Of a stretch of 64,000 nt of DNA, positions 56,243-64,000 are shown piece by piece. The notes below the pieces were generated by a model. The model was not told where the DNA came from, did not search any database, and saw nothing but the letters and a program-made list of their open reading frames with translations. The stretch's first letter is position 1; every line of letters starts with the position of its first letter. This DNA comes from a virus, in IMG/VR virus record IMGVR_UViG_3300021077_000115, positions 110,064-174,063 of that record. The stretch is one strand, 5' to 3'. A program made the position numbers and the translations under genes.

Positions 56243-57292
56243 ATGAAGAAAATGAAGATTGGTGTTTTCATTGCTCGGCTACAACCGTTTCATCTTGCCC
56301 ACGTTGATATTGTAAAGTTGGCAATGAAAGATAACGATCATGTGGTTATAATTCTTGGCTCTGCATGTCAGGCTAAGACAATCAAGAATCCATGGACTAC
56401 TGACGAGCGCGAATTGATGATTCGCAAATGTCTTACGTCAGAAGGAAATACCCACATAAGTGTTGTTGCTGCTAAAGACTATTTCTATAATGACAACATG
56501 TGGCTATCTTCATTGCAGTCTGCATTGGGGTCTGTAAAGGTCAATGGCGTTGAAGTTGACCTTGATGATTGTGACGTAACGCTTTATGGTCATGATAAGG
56601 ATAGGTCAACATTCTATCTCCACTTATTTCCTAAGTGGAAGCTCAATGATGTTGGAAACTTACGCACAGAGTTTCCTAGGCTAGATGCAACGTTGGTCAG
56701 ATCATTTTTCTTCAAAGGTAATACGGCTGAGTTAAGAAAGTTTATACCACAACCTGTATATGATATGTTGCTATCAGAAATGGGAACTAGTACATACCAA
56801 AATCTTGTTGCAGAATTCGACCACATTACTGAGTATAGAGCGCTATGGGCCTCATCTCCGTATCCAGTTCAATTTGTGACAACCGATGCTCTTGTGATAA
56901 AGTCCGGACACGTACTAATGACGGTGCGTGGCGGATATCCAGGCAAAGGTCTAATCGCGCTACCTGGCGGATACTTGAATCCAGATGAGCGTATAGTTGA
57001 CGGATGCCTTCGTGAGTTAAAAGAAGAAACGCAAATCGCTGTTAGCAAAGATGAGTTGAGGAAGGCAATTGTTGATCAGAGGGTCTTCGATCATCCAGAA
57101 CGTTCTTTGCGCGGACGAACTATTACACATGGTTATTGCATAAATCTCGGTGCCGGAGACCTTCCAAAAGTAAAGCGCGGTGACGATGCCGCTGAAGCGT
57201 TTTGGATGCCACTTCGAGATGTTTATCGTAGAGAAGAAGATTTCTTCGAGGATCACTTCCACATCATATTCTTTTTTACTTCGAAATTTTAG
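56243..57292 (+). CDS. nadM: bifunctional NMN adenylyltransferase (NadM-type) / Nudix ADP-ribose pyrophosphatase
   Basis: N-terminal MKIGVFIARLQPFHLAHVDIV (archaeal-type NMNAT (H/T)xGH); C-terminal GGYLNPDERIVDGCLRELKEETQI Nudix box. Confidence 0.8.
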   Translation: MKKMKIGVFIARLQPFHLAHVDIVKLAMKDNDHVVIILGSACQAKTIKNPWTTDERELMIRKCLTSEGNTHISVVAAKDYFYNDNMWLSSLQSALGSVKVNGVEVDLDDCDVTLYGHDKDRSTFYLHLFPKWKLNDVGNLRTEFPRLDATLVRSFFFKGNTAELRKFIPQPVYDMLLSEMGTSTYQNLVAEFDHITEYRALWASSPYPVQFVTTDALVIKSGHVLMTVRGGYPGKGLIALPGGYLNPDERIVDGCLRELKEETQIAVSKDELRKAIVDQRVFDHPERSLRGRTITHGYCINLGAGDLPKVKRGDDAAEAFWMPLRDVYRREEDFFEDHFHIIFFFTSKF

Positions 57293-57345
57293 AATAACTA
57301 AAGTTCGGCGTCGAGAACGCCAAGGGGCGTGGCGTTCTCTACGCT

Positions 57346-58680
57346 ATGAATCGCGTTCAAGAAGTAAAAAAAGCCTTTCCTGAATTTGCCAGTTTAGCTA
57401 TCGAGACGGCAGACCCAAAACATAAGAACAAATACCTTATGTGGATTGCCTCTCAATTGGCTAAGAAATACAGCCCGGAAGATATCCGATCAACGATATC
57501 GTCCTTTCATAAAGACTCAAGGCGTCTTCGAAAATCTGACATATATTCATATCCAGATTTGAAAGTTCTTGATAACGAGATCAAAGACCTAGCGATGAGC
57601 AAGCGGCAGGTTGAGATCTTCTCTAAAGAAATGGGCGCTGTGAAGATATTCGGCGATGAGTCTTGCACACTCGTGAGGATAAATAGCAAGACCGCCATGC
57701 TGTACTACGGTAAAGCATCTAAGTGGTGTATTGCCATGGAATCTGAAGAGTATTGGGAAGACTATAGCTCTAGCGGGAATGTCTTCTATGTCCTTTTGGA
57801 TAAAGAAAATCAGCGCAAGTATGCCATCCAGAAAAAAGGACTGATGGATGTTACAATCTGGGAAGAGGATGACGACGAAGTAGATGATATTGATGATTGG
57901 GTTAAGCGCAACGACAAGTTCGAATCTGCAGTATTTGCATGTCTTCACGATCGTGAAGAACCAATGCTTTACCGTATAAAGAGAGGTCTCACCACTCGCC
58001 AAGAAGTATCTGAATGGATAAAGTACCAGAATCAAAACACCATTAAGTTCTTGCATAATATGACTGGTGTTGGGTATTATCTCTTTGATCCTGCATCGGT
58101 AACTAGAAAAACAATCAAGTTATTATCCACACTCAATATTAAGTACCTTGAAGCTATCAGTGCAGAGTATCCTAACTTCATTACTGATGTTGCTAATTTC
58201 TTGGCAGCAAATCCCAAGGTAGTTTTTAAAAGCTTTAGATTTAGATTGGCCCATCTACTTCCAGATCCAGATCTCATTCTAAATGAAGAAGATGCAAACT
58301 TCATTAAGATGAATACAGATCCTTCAATAGCGTCTAAACTTCTTACAAGTAAAAAGCAAGAAGTGTGGAGTAAGGCGCTTCTGGTTGCAAAGCCATCAAC
58401 AATCGTCTCTATATTACCCTCAGTAAAGAGAACTCAAAAGAGAGAGTTCATTCGCAGATTGAAAATGCGAACAGATTATGCCAAATTAATAGAATGGCTG
58501 GCTGCTACAAATCTTCAAATACCCAATGAAGTTTGGCTGAGTAAAGCAAAGGGACAATACGGCGAATACGCCGAAGAAGACAAGTGCACTGAAGAAGATG
58601 AAGAGTGTGATGAGGAAGAAGACTCGGAAGTAATCGTTGGTGTCACCGGTTCCCAACCGATGACCGATGCCTTCCACTGA
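57346..58680 (+). CDS. hypothetical 444-aa protein with acidic C-terminus
   Basis: C-terminus EEDKCTEEDEECDEEEDSE. Confidence 0.5.
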   Translation: MNRVQEVKKAFPEFASLAIETADPKHKNKYLMWIASQLAKKYSPEDIRSTISSFHKDSRRLRKSDIYSYPDLKVLDNEIKDLAMSKRQVEIFSKEMGAVKIFGDESCTLVRINSKTAMLYYGKASKWCIAMESEEYWEDYSSSGNVFYVLLDKENQRKYAIQKKGLMDVTIWEEDDDEVDDIDDWVKRNDKFESAVFACLHDREEPMLYRIKRGLTTRQEVSEWIKYQNQNTIKFLHNMTGVGYYLFDPASVTRKTIKLLSTLNIKYLEAISAEYPNFITDVANFLAANPKVVFKSFRFRLAHLLPDPDLILNEEDANFIKMNTDPSIASKLLTSKKQEVWSKALLVAKPSTIVSILPSVKRTQKREFIRRLKMRTDYAKLIEWLAATNLQIPNEVWLSKAKGQYGEYAEEDKCTEEDEECDEEEDSEVIVGVTGSQPMTDAFH

Positions 58681-58875
58681 TCATTGGTCGAACATACGGC
58701 CGCAACGGCATAAATGCTGGACAATTCCTGACGACGATGTTATCGTGGCGGGCTGGTGACAGTGGCATGAAGTTTGGTTTAGAACAACAGGTGAACAATG
58801 AGATAGTGTTTGCAAAATTAAATTAGCAGGTGGATATTCCGCCATATTAATTTGTCCAATTGAAACGGAAGAAAC

Positions 58876-59700
58876 ATGATTCTACAGGCTTTATTGTTGC
58901 AAACAATATTGAAAGTCGCACCTCCTGGATATACAAAATTTTCAGTTACTCCGATAGAGTGTCATGGAGATGCGTGCTCAGATTACCAATGGTCAACCTT
59001 CTATGGTGCCTATGTCACAAAGGAATCGAAGGAAGATGGAAAGGAAAGGTATTCAGTTATCACGGAAGAAATTGTCACATTAGCACAAAACAAACTGTGC
59101 ATTGATGATAATTTGAGTACCGTAAAAGACTGCAAGAGAAGTCCTTTGTTCAAAGGATTTACGTTCATTGAACTTGTATCTCTTGAAAGCGCTGCTGCAA
59201 TTGCAGAAAGCGGACTTCGAGAAGATGTGGAGGTTGGTCGAGGGCGTTCAGGACGCACTAAGCCAACAGATCCATTAGCAGATGATGCTGGAGGCGAAGG
59301 AATTGGTCCGGGCGGTGAAGTGTGCTTGGTACAGGTTCATCCAGCTGTTCTCGTGAAGTTCAAAATTGATCCACAGACATTCTTGGGTGCAAATAGCGAA
59401 GCATTAGAAAACTGTTTTGGCTTTGGTATGGATATGTTTGGCCGCGCCAGAAACATGTGCGCGTACCAAGCAACTAAAACTCCAGACCTTGAACATGATT
59501 GGGTTTTTGAAACATTCTCAGCTTATGGAACTGGCAGCACTTGTGCCAGTGCTAATAATGGAAAGACGGCTTATAGGAGATCCTTGTATACAGCGATATC
59601 TTCAGACTTCGGTGCTAGAATAAAGAAGGAGAAAAAAAGAGAAGCTAAAGAAGCAAAAAACTCTCCAACACTTCCTCTTCCTCCTCCATCTAAAATATAA
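58876..59700 (+). CDS. secreted protein
   Basis: Signal-peptide-like N-terminus; basic KKEKKREAKEAK then PLPPPSKI tail. Confidence 0.5.
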   Translation: MILQALLLQTILKVAPPGYTKFSVTPIECHGDACSDYQWSTFYGAYVTKESKEDGKERYSVITEEIVTLAQNKLCIDDNLSTVKDCKRSPLFKGFTFIELVSLESAAAIAESGLREDVEVGRGRSGRTKPTDPLADDAGGEGIGPGGEVCLVQVHPAVLVKFKIDPQTFLGANSEALENCFGFGMDMFGRARNMCAYQATKTPDLEHDWVFETFSAYGTGSTCASANNGKTAYRRSLYTAISSDFGARIKKEKKREAKEAKNSPTLPLPPPSKI

Positions 59701-59715
59701 TCAGAAAGATAATTT

Positions 59716-60315
59716 ATGTCAAAAGAATCTGGTGTTGACCGTTATGGAAGGGCAAAGATTAGGTCTGCTCCGCCAGAAAATCCACTTGTTCAAAGGATAA
59801 AGATGGCAGCTGATGACTGCCCTCCAATAGATTCTTTGAAACGTGTTACGAATGATTTCCCAACGGGCTGCCCGTCAACAGCAATATCATTGAAGTTCGA
59901 AGAGAAACATCCAGATGTGCTTGTCATCCAGTGCAGTGATGGCAGGTACACCTCGATAGTCTCCGAGCTCATGCAGAGCAACGGGATCACGCGCTATGAT
60001 GTGATGGCAATGCCAGGAGGCCCAGCGCTGGCGAACGCTTCCATTCTACAATCAGAGGCTTGCAAGACTGGTACGTCTTTCTTAATCAAAGGCCATAACA
60101 CAAGAAAAGTATGGCTGTTAACTCACTCTGAATGTGGGTACTATAAGTATAATCTCAATGGTATGCCAAGAGAGACAATTACTAATAGACAGATTAGAGA
60201 TCTTCAAATGGCAGCCATCTGGCTTCGTAATGTAAATAAAAGCCTTGAGGTTTACGCATCATACATTATCAACAATAATGGTATTGCGTCTTTCAAAACC
60301 ATAGAGATTGAATAG
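59716..60315 (+). CDS. hypothetical protein with beta-carbonic-anhydrase-like motifs
   Basis: VLVIQCSDGR and LTHSECGY resemble the beta-CA C(S/A)DSR and HxxCG zinc-ligand motifs. Confidence 0.4.
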   Translation: MSKESGVDRYGRAKIRSAPPENPLVQRIKMAADDCPPIDSLKRVTNDFPTGCPSTAISLKFEEKHPDVLVIQCSDGRYTSIVSELMQSNGITRYDVMAMPGGPALANASILQSEACKTGTSFLIKGHNTRKVWLLTHSECGYYKYNLNGMPRETITNRQIRDLQMAAIWLRNVNKSLEVYASYIINNNGIASFKTIEIE

Positions 60316-60317
60316 TC

Positions 60318-60770
60318 ATGCCTATCGAACCAAATCCTTTTGATGACGAACGCCTTGCAAAGATTAGAGCTGAGCAAGGAGACCCTCTAATTCAATACTA
60401 CATCGTAAGAACTGACTTGAACATGAGCGCAGGAAAGATGGGAGCCCAAATAGCTCACGGCGCTCAGATGTTCGTTATACGATCTGGAACTCTGGCAGAA
60501 CGTCACAAAAACGATATGACTCCACTGAAGCCAGAGTATGAAGAGATCTTGGGGGTTGTGGCAGAGTGGATGAATGGAAGTTTCCGCAAGGTTGTGCTCG
60601 GCGGCAAGAAGAAGGACTTCGAGAAGATCATTGCTGAGCTGCGGGTCTTCCTCGTGCGCGATGCCGGCCTGACCGAAGTGGAGCCCAACTCCGAGACAGT
60701 GTTGGTGACATGGCCAATTAGGCGATCTGAATGTCCTAAAATATTGAAAAGACTTCAAACTCTAAAGTAA
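60318..60770 (+). CDS. pth2: peptidyl-tRNA hydrolase, PTH2 family
   Basis: QYYIVRTDLNMSAGKMGAQIAHGA and the C-terminal ETVLVTWP...ILKRLQTL match PTH2 ([21 protein letters not shown]...TVLGIGP...HLKL). Confidence 0.65.
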   Translation: MPIEPNPFDDERLAKIRAEQGDPLIQYYIVRTDLNMSAGKMGAQIAHGAQMFVIRSGTLAERHKNDMTPLKPEYEEILGVVAEWMNGSFRKVVLGGKKKDFEKIIAELRVFLVRDAGLTEVEPNSETVLVTWPIRRSECPKILKRLQTLK

Positions 60771-60836
60771 GTTTTTAAATGATTGCTCATCCATATGCAT
60801 TTTGGTTTGCAATAGGAGTATTCGTAGGTCTGCTTA

Positions 60837-61202
60837 TTGGTTGGGTGTCACGCGGCCTGCAAGAAGCGTCACTACGCCGAGCCTATTTACGCGGACTACA
60901 AGACAGATGACAATATGATAATGAAAAACCTGCCACTCAAGAAGATGTCCCTAGACATTCGAACTGGTCGATGCTCTGGCATCCACTGGTGTTGCATCGC
61001 CTTTTACGTTATCGTCTGGCAACCGCTCTGTCATTGTTCAAAATTCAGCAAAGCCTATATCAACTTTGTACTCAAACACGGCAATGGAAATCTTCCGGGT
61101 TATGTTCCATGCCCTCGTTGCATTAAACATCCCATCCACGTCAAACGATGTACTACCTGCGGTCACACCCTTGAATGGGATCAGCTTACTAAGGGTAGTT
61201 GA
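60837..61202 (+). CDS. Cys-rich hypothetical protein
   Basis: 121 aa; CPRC...CTTCGH. Confidence 0.35.
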   Translation: MVGCHAACKKRHYAEPIYADYKTDDNMIMKNLPLKKMSLDIRTGRCSGIHWCCIAFYVIVWQPLCHCSKFSKAYINFVLKHGNGNLPGYVPCPRCIKHPIHVKRCTTCGHTLEWDQLTKGS

Positions 61203-61437
61203 AGTAAGTTTTGACAGAAGCCTCTAAGCTATGCCAACCATCAGGTCTGATGGTTTCGTGCGCACATAACATCAAATGGTAGTCCTTCACTTCTCTATGG
61301 TGAAGGTATGGCCAACAGCATTGTCCATTGTAGCAGCTGAATTTGCCACTCGCTAATACTGGTAAATTGTTCTTCGTCGTAATTGTTGGGGTGCAACACG
61401 ACAAGCACAACAATAGGATAGCTAAATACTTTTTCAT
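61189..61437 (-). CDS. secreted/lipoprotein-like small protein
   Basis: MKKYLAILLLCLSCC N-terminus. Confidence 0.4.
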   Translation of the reverse strand: MKKYLAILLLCLSCCTPTITTKNNLPVLASGKFSCYNGQCCWPYLHHREVKDYHLMLCAHETIRPDGWHSLEASVKTYFNYP

Positions 61438-61919
61438 TTATTACCTAGCTGCTGATAGCTTGGAAGACTTTCTATTCTCTGCATACCACCGGACTTCAAC
61501 CAATTTTCAAAATCTTGTTCCTGGCCTTTGGCTGGAGTTTCTCCGCCGACAAATCCTTGCTGTGGATTGAACGAAGCCACATGACCTTTCTCATGTGCAA
61601 TGACCTTGGCTGTTGCTAAGGCCGCTTCTTGTCCACCTTGTTTCCCGCCGGCTTCGGCAACAATTCTATCTGCATTCAGATAGATGACAGTTGGATCTTT
61701 ATCTGGTCCGGATTCTACATGGCCATAGTCAGCAGATGGTCCAATCACCACCGATCTAACTCCTATAAAATAGTTTGGCTGCCATAACTTAAGAATCTCC
61801 AAAGCACAATTTGCTTCAGGTTTACCAGGCTGAATAGTTATATTTGGAGTATTGATTGTATTATCCTGAGCACGCCTAAAAAATACATCAGCGTACATAG
61901 CTAACTTCTTAAGATTCAT
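61434..61919 (-). CDS. putative zinc metallopeptidase-like protein (HExxH)
   Basis: VIAHEKGH motif. Confidence 0.4.
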   Translation of the reverse strand: MNLKKLAMYADVFFRRAQDNTINTPNITIQPGKPEANCALEILKLWQPNYFIGVRSVVIGPSADYGHVESGPDKDPTVIYLNADRIVAEAGGKQGGQEAALATAKVIAHEKGHVASFNPQQGFVGGETPAKGQEQDFENWLKSGGMQRIESLPSYQQLGNK

Positions 61920-61977
61920 AATTCAATACCAAATAATTGTAAGATGTGGATATATCAGTATAAACGTAGAGGTTTAG

Positions 61978-63276
61978 GTGAAGAAAAACTACATTCTTGA
62001 TACTAACGTGCTGATTCATGACCCACAATCGATATTCAAATTTGAGGACAACAACCTATACATTCCAATTTACGTATTAGAAGAACTAGATAAATTGAAG
62101 AGCGAGCTTTCCCTTCGTGGACGAAATTCACGCGAAGTTTGCCGATTGCTCGATGACCTGCGCTGCCAAGGCTCATTACCAGAAGGGGTTCCGGTAGGAG
62201 ATGGTAAGCTAATCATTTACGTCCCCCAAGAGCGGAAGGTCATCAAGGTTGCTCTCGATTCAAAAAGCATGGACAACGCAATACTTCAGTGCGCTGTTGA
62301 AATCAAGGAATCTTCCGAACTTATATCCATCATGGTAACCATGGATGTTAACCTTCGCATCCGCGCTGAATGCATAGGAGTTCAAACAGCTTCATACGAA
62401 TTCCAATCAGTAGACACTTCGCATATGATTACTGGTCACACCAATATGAATGTGGATCTTGAAGACATTGATAGGCTATTCAGTGAAGGATCTATTTTAC
62501 CAAAAGAATCTGATGAGGAGTTGTTTGATAACATCTGCATCATGCTAAAAGATCCAAGTGGCAAAACTGCTATTGGAAGATACAATAAGAAAAAGAACAT
62601 CGTAACTCCAATTCGTCCACATGGCGATGTGATGGGTATCAAGCCAAGGAACGTAGAACAGAAATTCGCATTGGATTTGCTACTCGATGATAATGTCAAA
62701 ATCGTAACCCTATCTGGTACCGCTGGTGGTGGTAAAACACTACTTGCTTTGTGTGTTGGTTTACAAAAGACGCTTGACGGCAAATATTCAAGACTACTTG
62801 TCAGTAGACCAATCATGCCTCTAGGTAAAGATATTGGATATCTAAAGGGAACTCTTGAAGAGAAGATGAATCCTTGGATGCAACCAATTTATGACAATCT
62901 AGAATTGCTCATGATGCAGGGCGGCGGAAAACGCAAAGGTCTCAAGTATGATGATTTGTTTGAACAAGACATTATTCGCGTAGAGCCTCTGACGTATATC
63001 CGAGGAAGAAGCTTACCTGGCCAATTCATTATTATTGATGAGGCACAGAACCTAACTAGTCATGAAATTAAAACAATCATTACAAGATGCGGTGAAGGCT
63101 CGAAGATAGTATTAACTGGTGATCCTGAACAGATTGATAGCCCGTACATGGATAAGGGATCTTGTGGATTAAGTGTTGCGGTCGAGAAACTTCATGATAA
63201 TCCTATTGTAGGTCATCTCACCTTATCTAAGGGCGAGCGTTCTGAGCTGGCAAATCTAGCAGCTAATCTGATGTAG
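61978..63276 (+). CDS. phoH: PhoH2 (N-terminal PIN domain + PhoH-like ATPase)
   Basis: PIN ILDTNVLIHD; Walker A LSGTAGGGKTLLA; Walker B/DEAQ IIIDEAQN. Confidence 0.8.
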   Translation: MKKNYILDTNVLIHDPQSIFKFEDNNLYIPIYVLEELDKLKSELSLRGRNSREVCRLLDDLRCQGSLPEGVPVGDGKLIIYVPQERKVIKVALDSKSMDNAILQCAVEIKESSELISIMVTMDVNLRIRAECIGVQTASYEFQSVDTSHMITGHTNMNVDLEDIDRLFSEGSILPKESDEELFDNICIMLKDPSGKTAIGRYNKKKNIVTPIRPHGDVMGIKPRNVEQKFALDLLLDDNVKIVTLSGTAGGGKTLLALCVGLQKTLDGKYSRLLVSRPIMPLGKDIGYLKGTLEEKMNPWMQPIYDNLELLMMQGGGKRKGLKYDDLFEQDIIRVEPLTYIRGRSLPGQFIIIDEAQNLTSHEIKTIITRCGEGSKIVLTGDPEQIDSPYMDKGSCGLSVAVEKLHDNPIVGHLTLSKGERSELANLAANLM

Positions 63277-63326
63277 GAAGTAGAACATAAAAACTCAACA
63301 TTATATGAATACCTTCCCATTACTAT

Positions 63327-63989
63327 ATGGGTATATGTGGATTTTGTAATGGTGAAAATCATAGGGTAAGATCTGAGTTTTGTTCGCGGACATGTGATAA
63401 AGGGGCTAAGTATGAGAAGTATAAGTTATTGTGTTTGTGCGTAAATTGTGGAGAGAATAACACTTCTGACTTTTATACTTGTGCTAAGTGCAGAACTAAA
63501 AGAAAATCTCACGATGATAGCTGTAAAGAACAACGTCAAAATTATCAAAAGCAAAAGCGACAAGACGCTAGACAAAATGGATTTTGCATTATATGTTGTA
63601 AAGTGAGACCGAAAGAAAATAGATTGGTTTGCGATGTGTGTAATGAACGAGCCAAACAAACAGCCAAGAGATTTACTGATAGTCCTCACTATCCACAACA
63701 GCTTCTTTTGAGAAACGCCAAGGCACGTGCAAAAAAGTTTAATCTTCCATTTAATCTAACCATAAATGATATAGTGATCCCAAAGGAATGCCCGATTCTT
63801 GGAATTACATTAGTGCCCGGCAAAGGTAAGCCGCTGCCATCATCCCCATCTCTTGATAGAATTATTCCAGCTCTTGGGTATGTTCCTGGTAATGTTTGTG
63901 TTATCTCTTATAAAGCTAACTCTATAAAATCAAACCTTACCAAAGATATGCTTATTAAATTGACGGAATATGTCAGTAAAGAGAGATAA
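63327..63989 (+). CDS. Cys-rich protein with HNH-like C-terminal region
   Basis: N-terminal CxxC clusters; C-terminal PSLDRIIPALGYVPGNVCVISYKANSIKSN resembles HNH_3-type endonuclease cores but lacks the catalytic His. Confidence 0.4.
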   Translation: MGICGFCNGENHRVRSEFCSRTCDKGAKYEKYKLLCLCVNCGENNTSDFYTCAKCRTKRKSHDDSCKEQRQNYQKQKRQDARQNGFCIICCKVRPKENRLVCDVCNERAKQTAKRFTDSPHYPQQLLLRNAKARAKKFNLPFNLTINDIVIPKECPILGITLVPGKGKPLPSSPSLDRIIPALGYVPGNVCVISYKANSIKSNLTKDMLIKLTEYVSKER

Positions 63990-64000
63990 TATGACTTATG

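Noticed and set aside
1-64000. CRISPR array
   Set aside because: No regularly spaced direct repeats with unique spacers were seen. The recurring motifs are gene-proximal regulatory cassettes at irregular kilobase spacing.

Overview
The window looks like part of a large, densely packed phage-like genome (a big or jumbo phage, or a prophage). Several lipobox-bearing small proteins suggest a lipoprotein-producing, likely Gram-negative, host. Genes run leftward (minus strand) from the window start to about 22.7 kb and rightward (plus strand) from about 23.1 to 64 kb, with an ORF-free, repeat-bearing switch region between the two blocks. Neighbouring genes often share TAATG or ATGA stop/start overlaps.

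The leftward block holds a translation-related set: an IF-1 (infA) homologue at the left edge, a tmRNA (ssrA) carrying an ANDNAYAAAA tag, a tRNA-Thr(UGU), and a roughly 650-nt structured non-coding region. It also carries a QueC-like PP-loop ATPase, a HicB-like antitoxin, several Cys-rich lipoproteins, and seven copies of a terminator-hairpin plus CTTTTGGCATTTAAGAG cassette.

The rightward block carries accessory or counter-defence-like enzymes:
- a bifunctional NadM-Nudix (NMN adenylyltransferase/ADP-ribose pyrophosphatase, KVP40 NatV-like) next to an MBL-fold hydrolase
- a NADAR-domain protein and a DHH-DHHA1 phosphoesterase
- a calcineurin-like metallophosphoesterase
- PTH2 peptidyl-tRNA hydrolase, PanD, a truncated CoaE-like kinase, a GT2 glycosyltransferase and a PIN-PhoH (PhoH2) ATPase
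- a tandem array of four paralogous small coiled-coil proteins
- an IS607-like insertion (MerR-HTH serine recombinase TnpA plus RuvC/Zn-finger TnpB) with two extra ORFs between tnpA and tnpB

No structural virion genes, integrase or CRISPR array were recognised. Protein calls are from motif reading by eye, not database searches.
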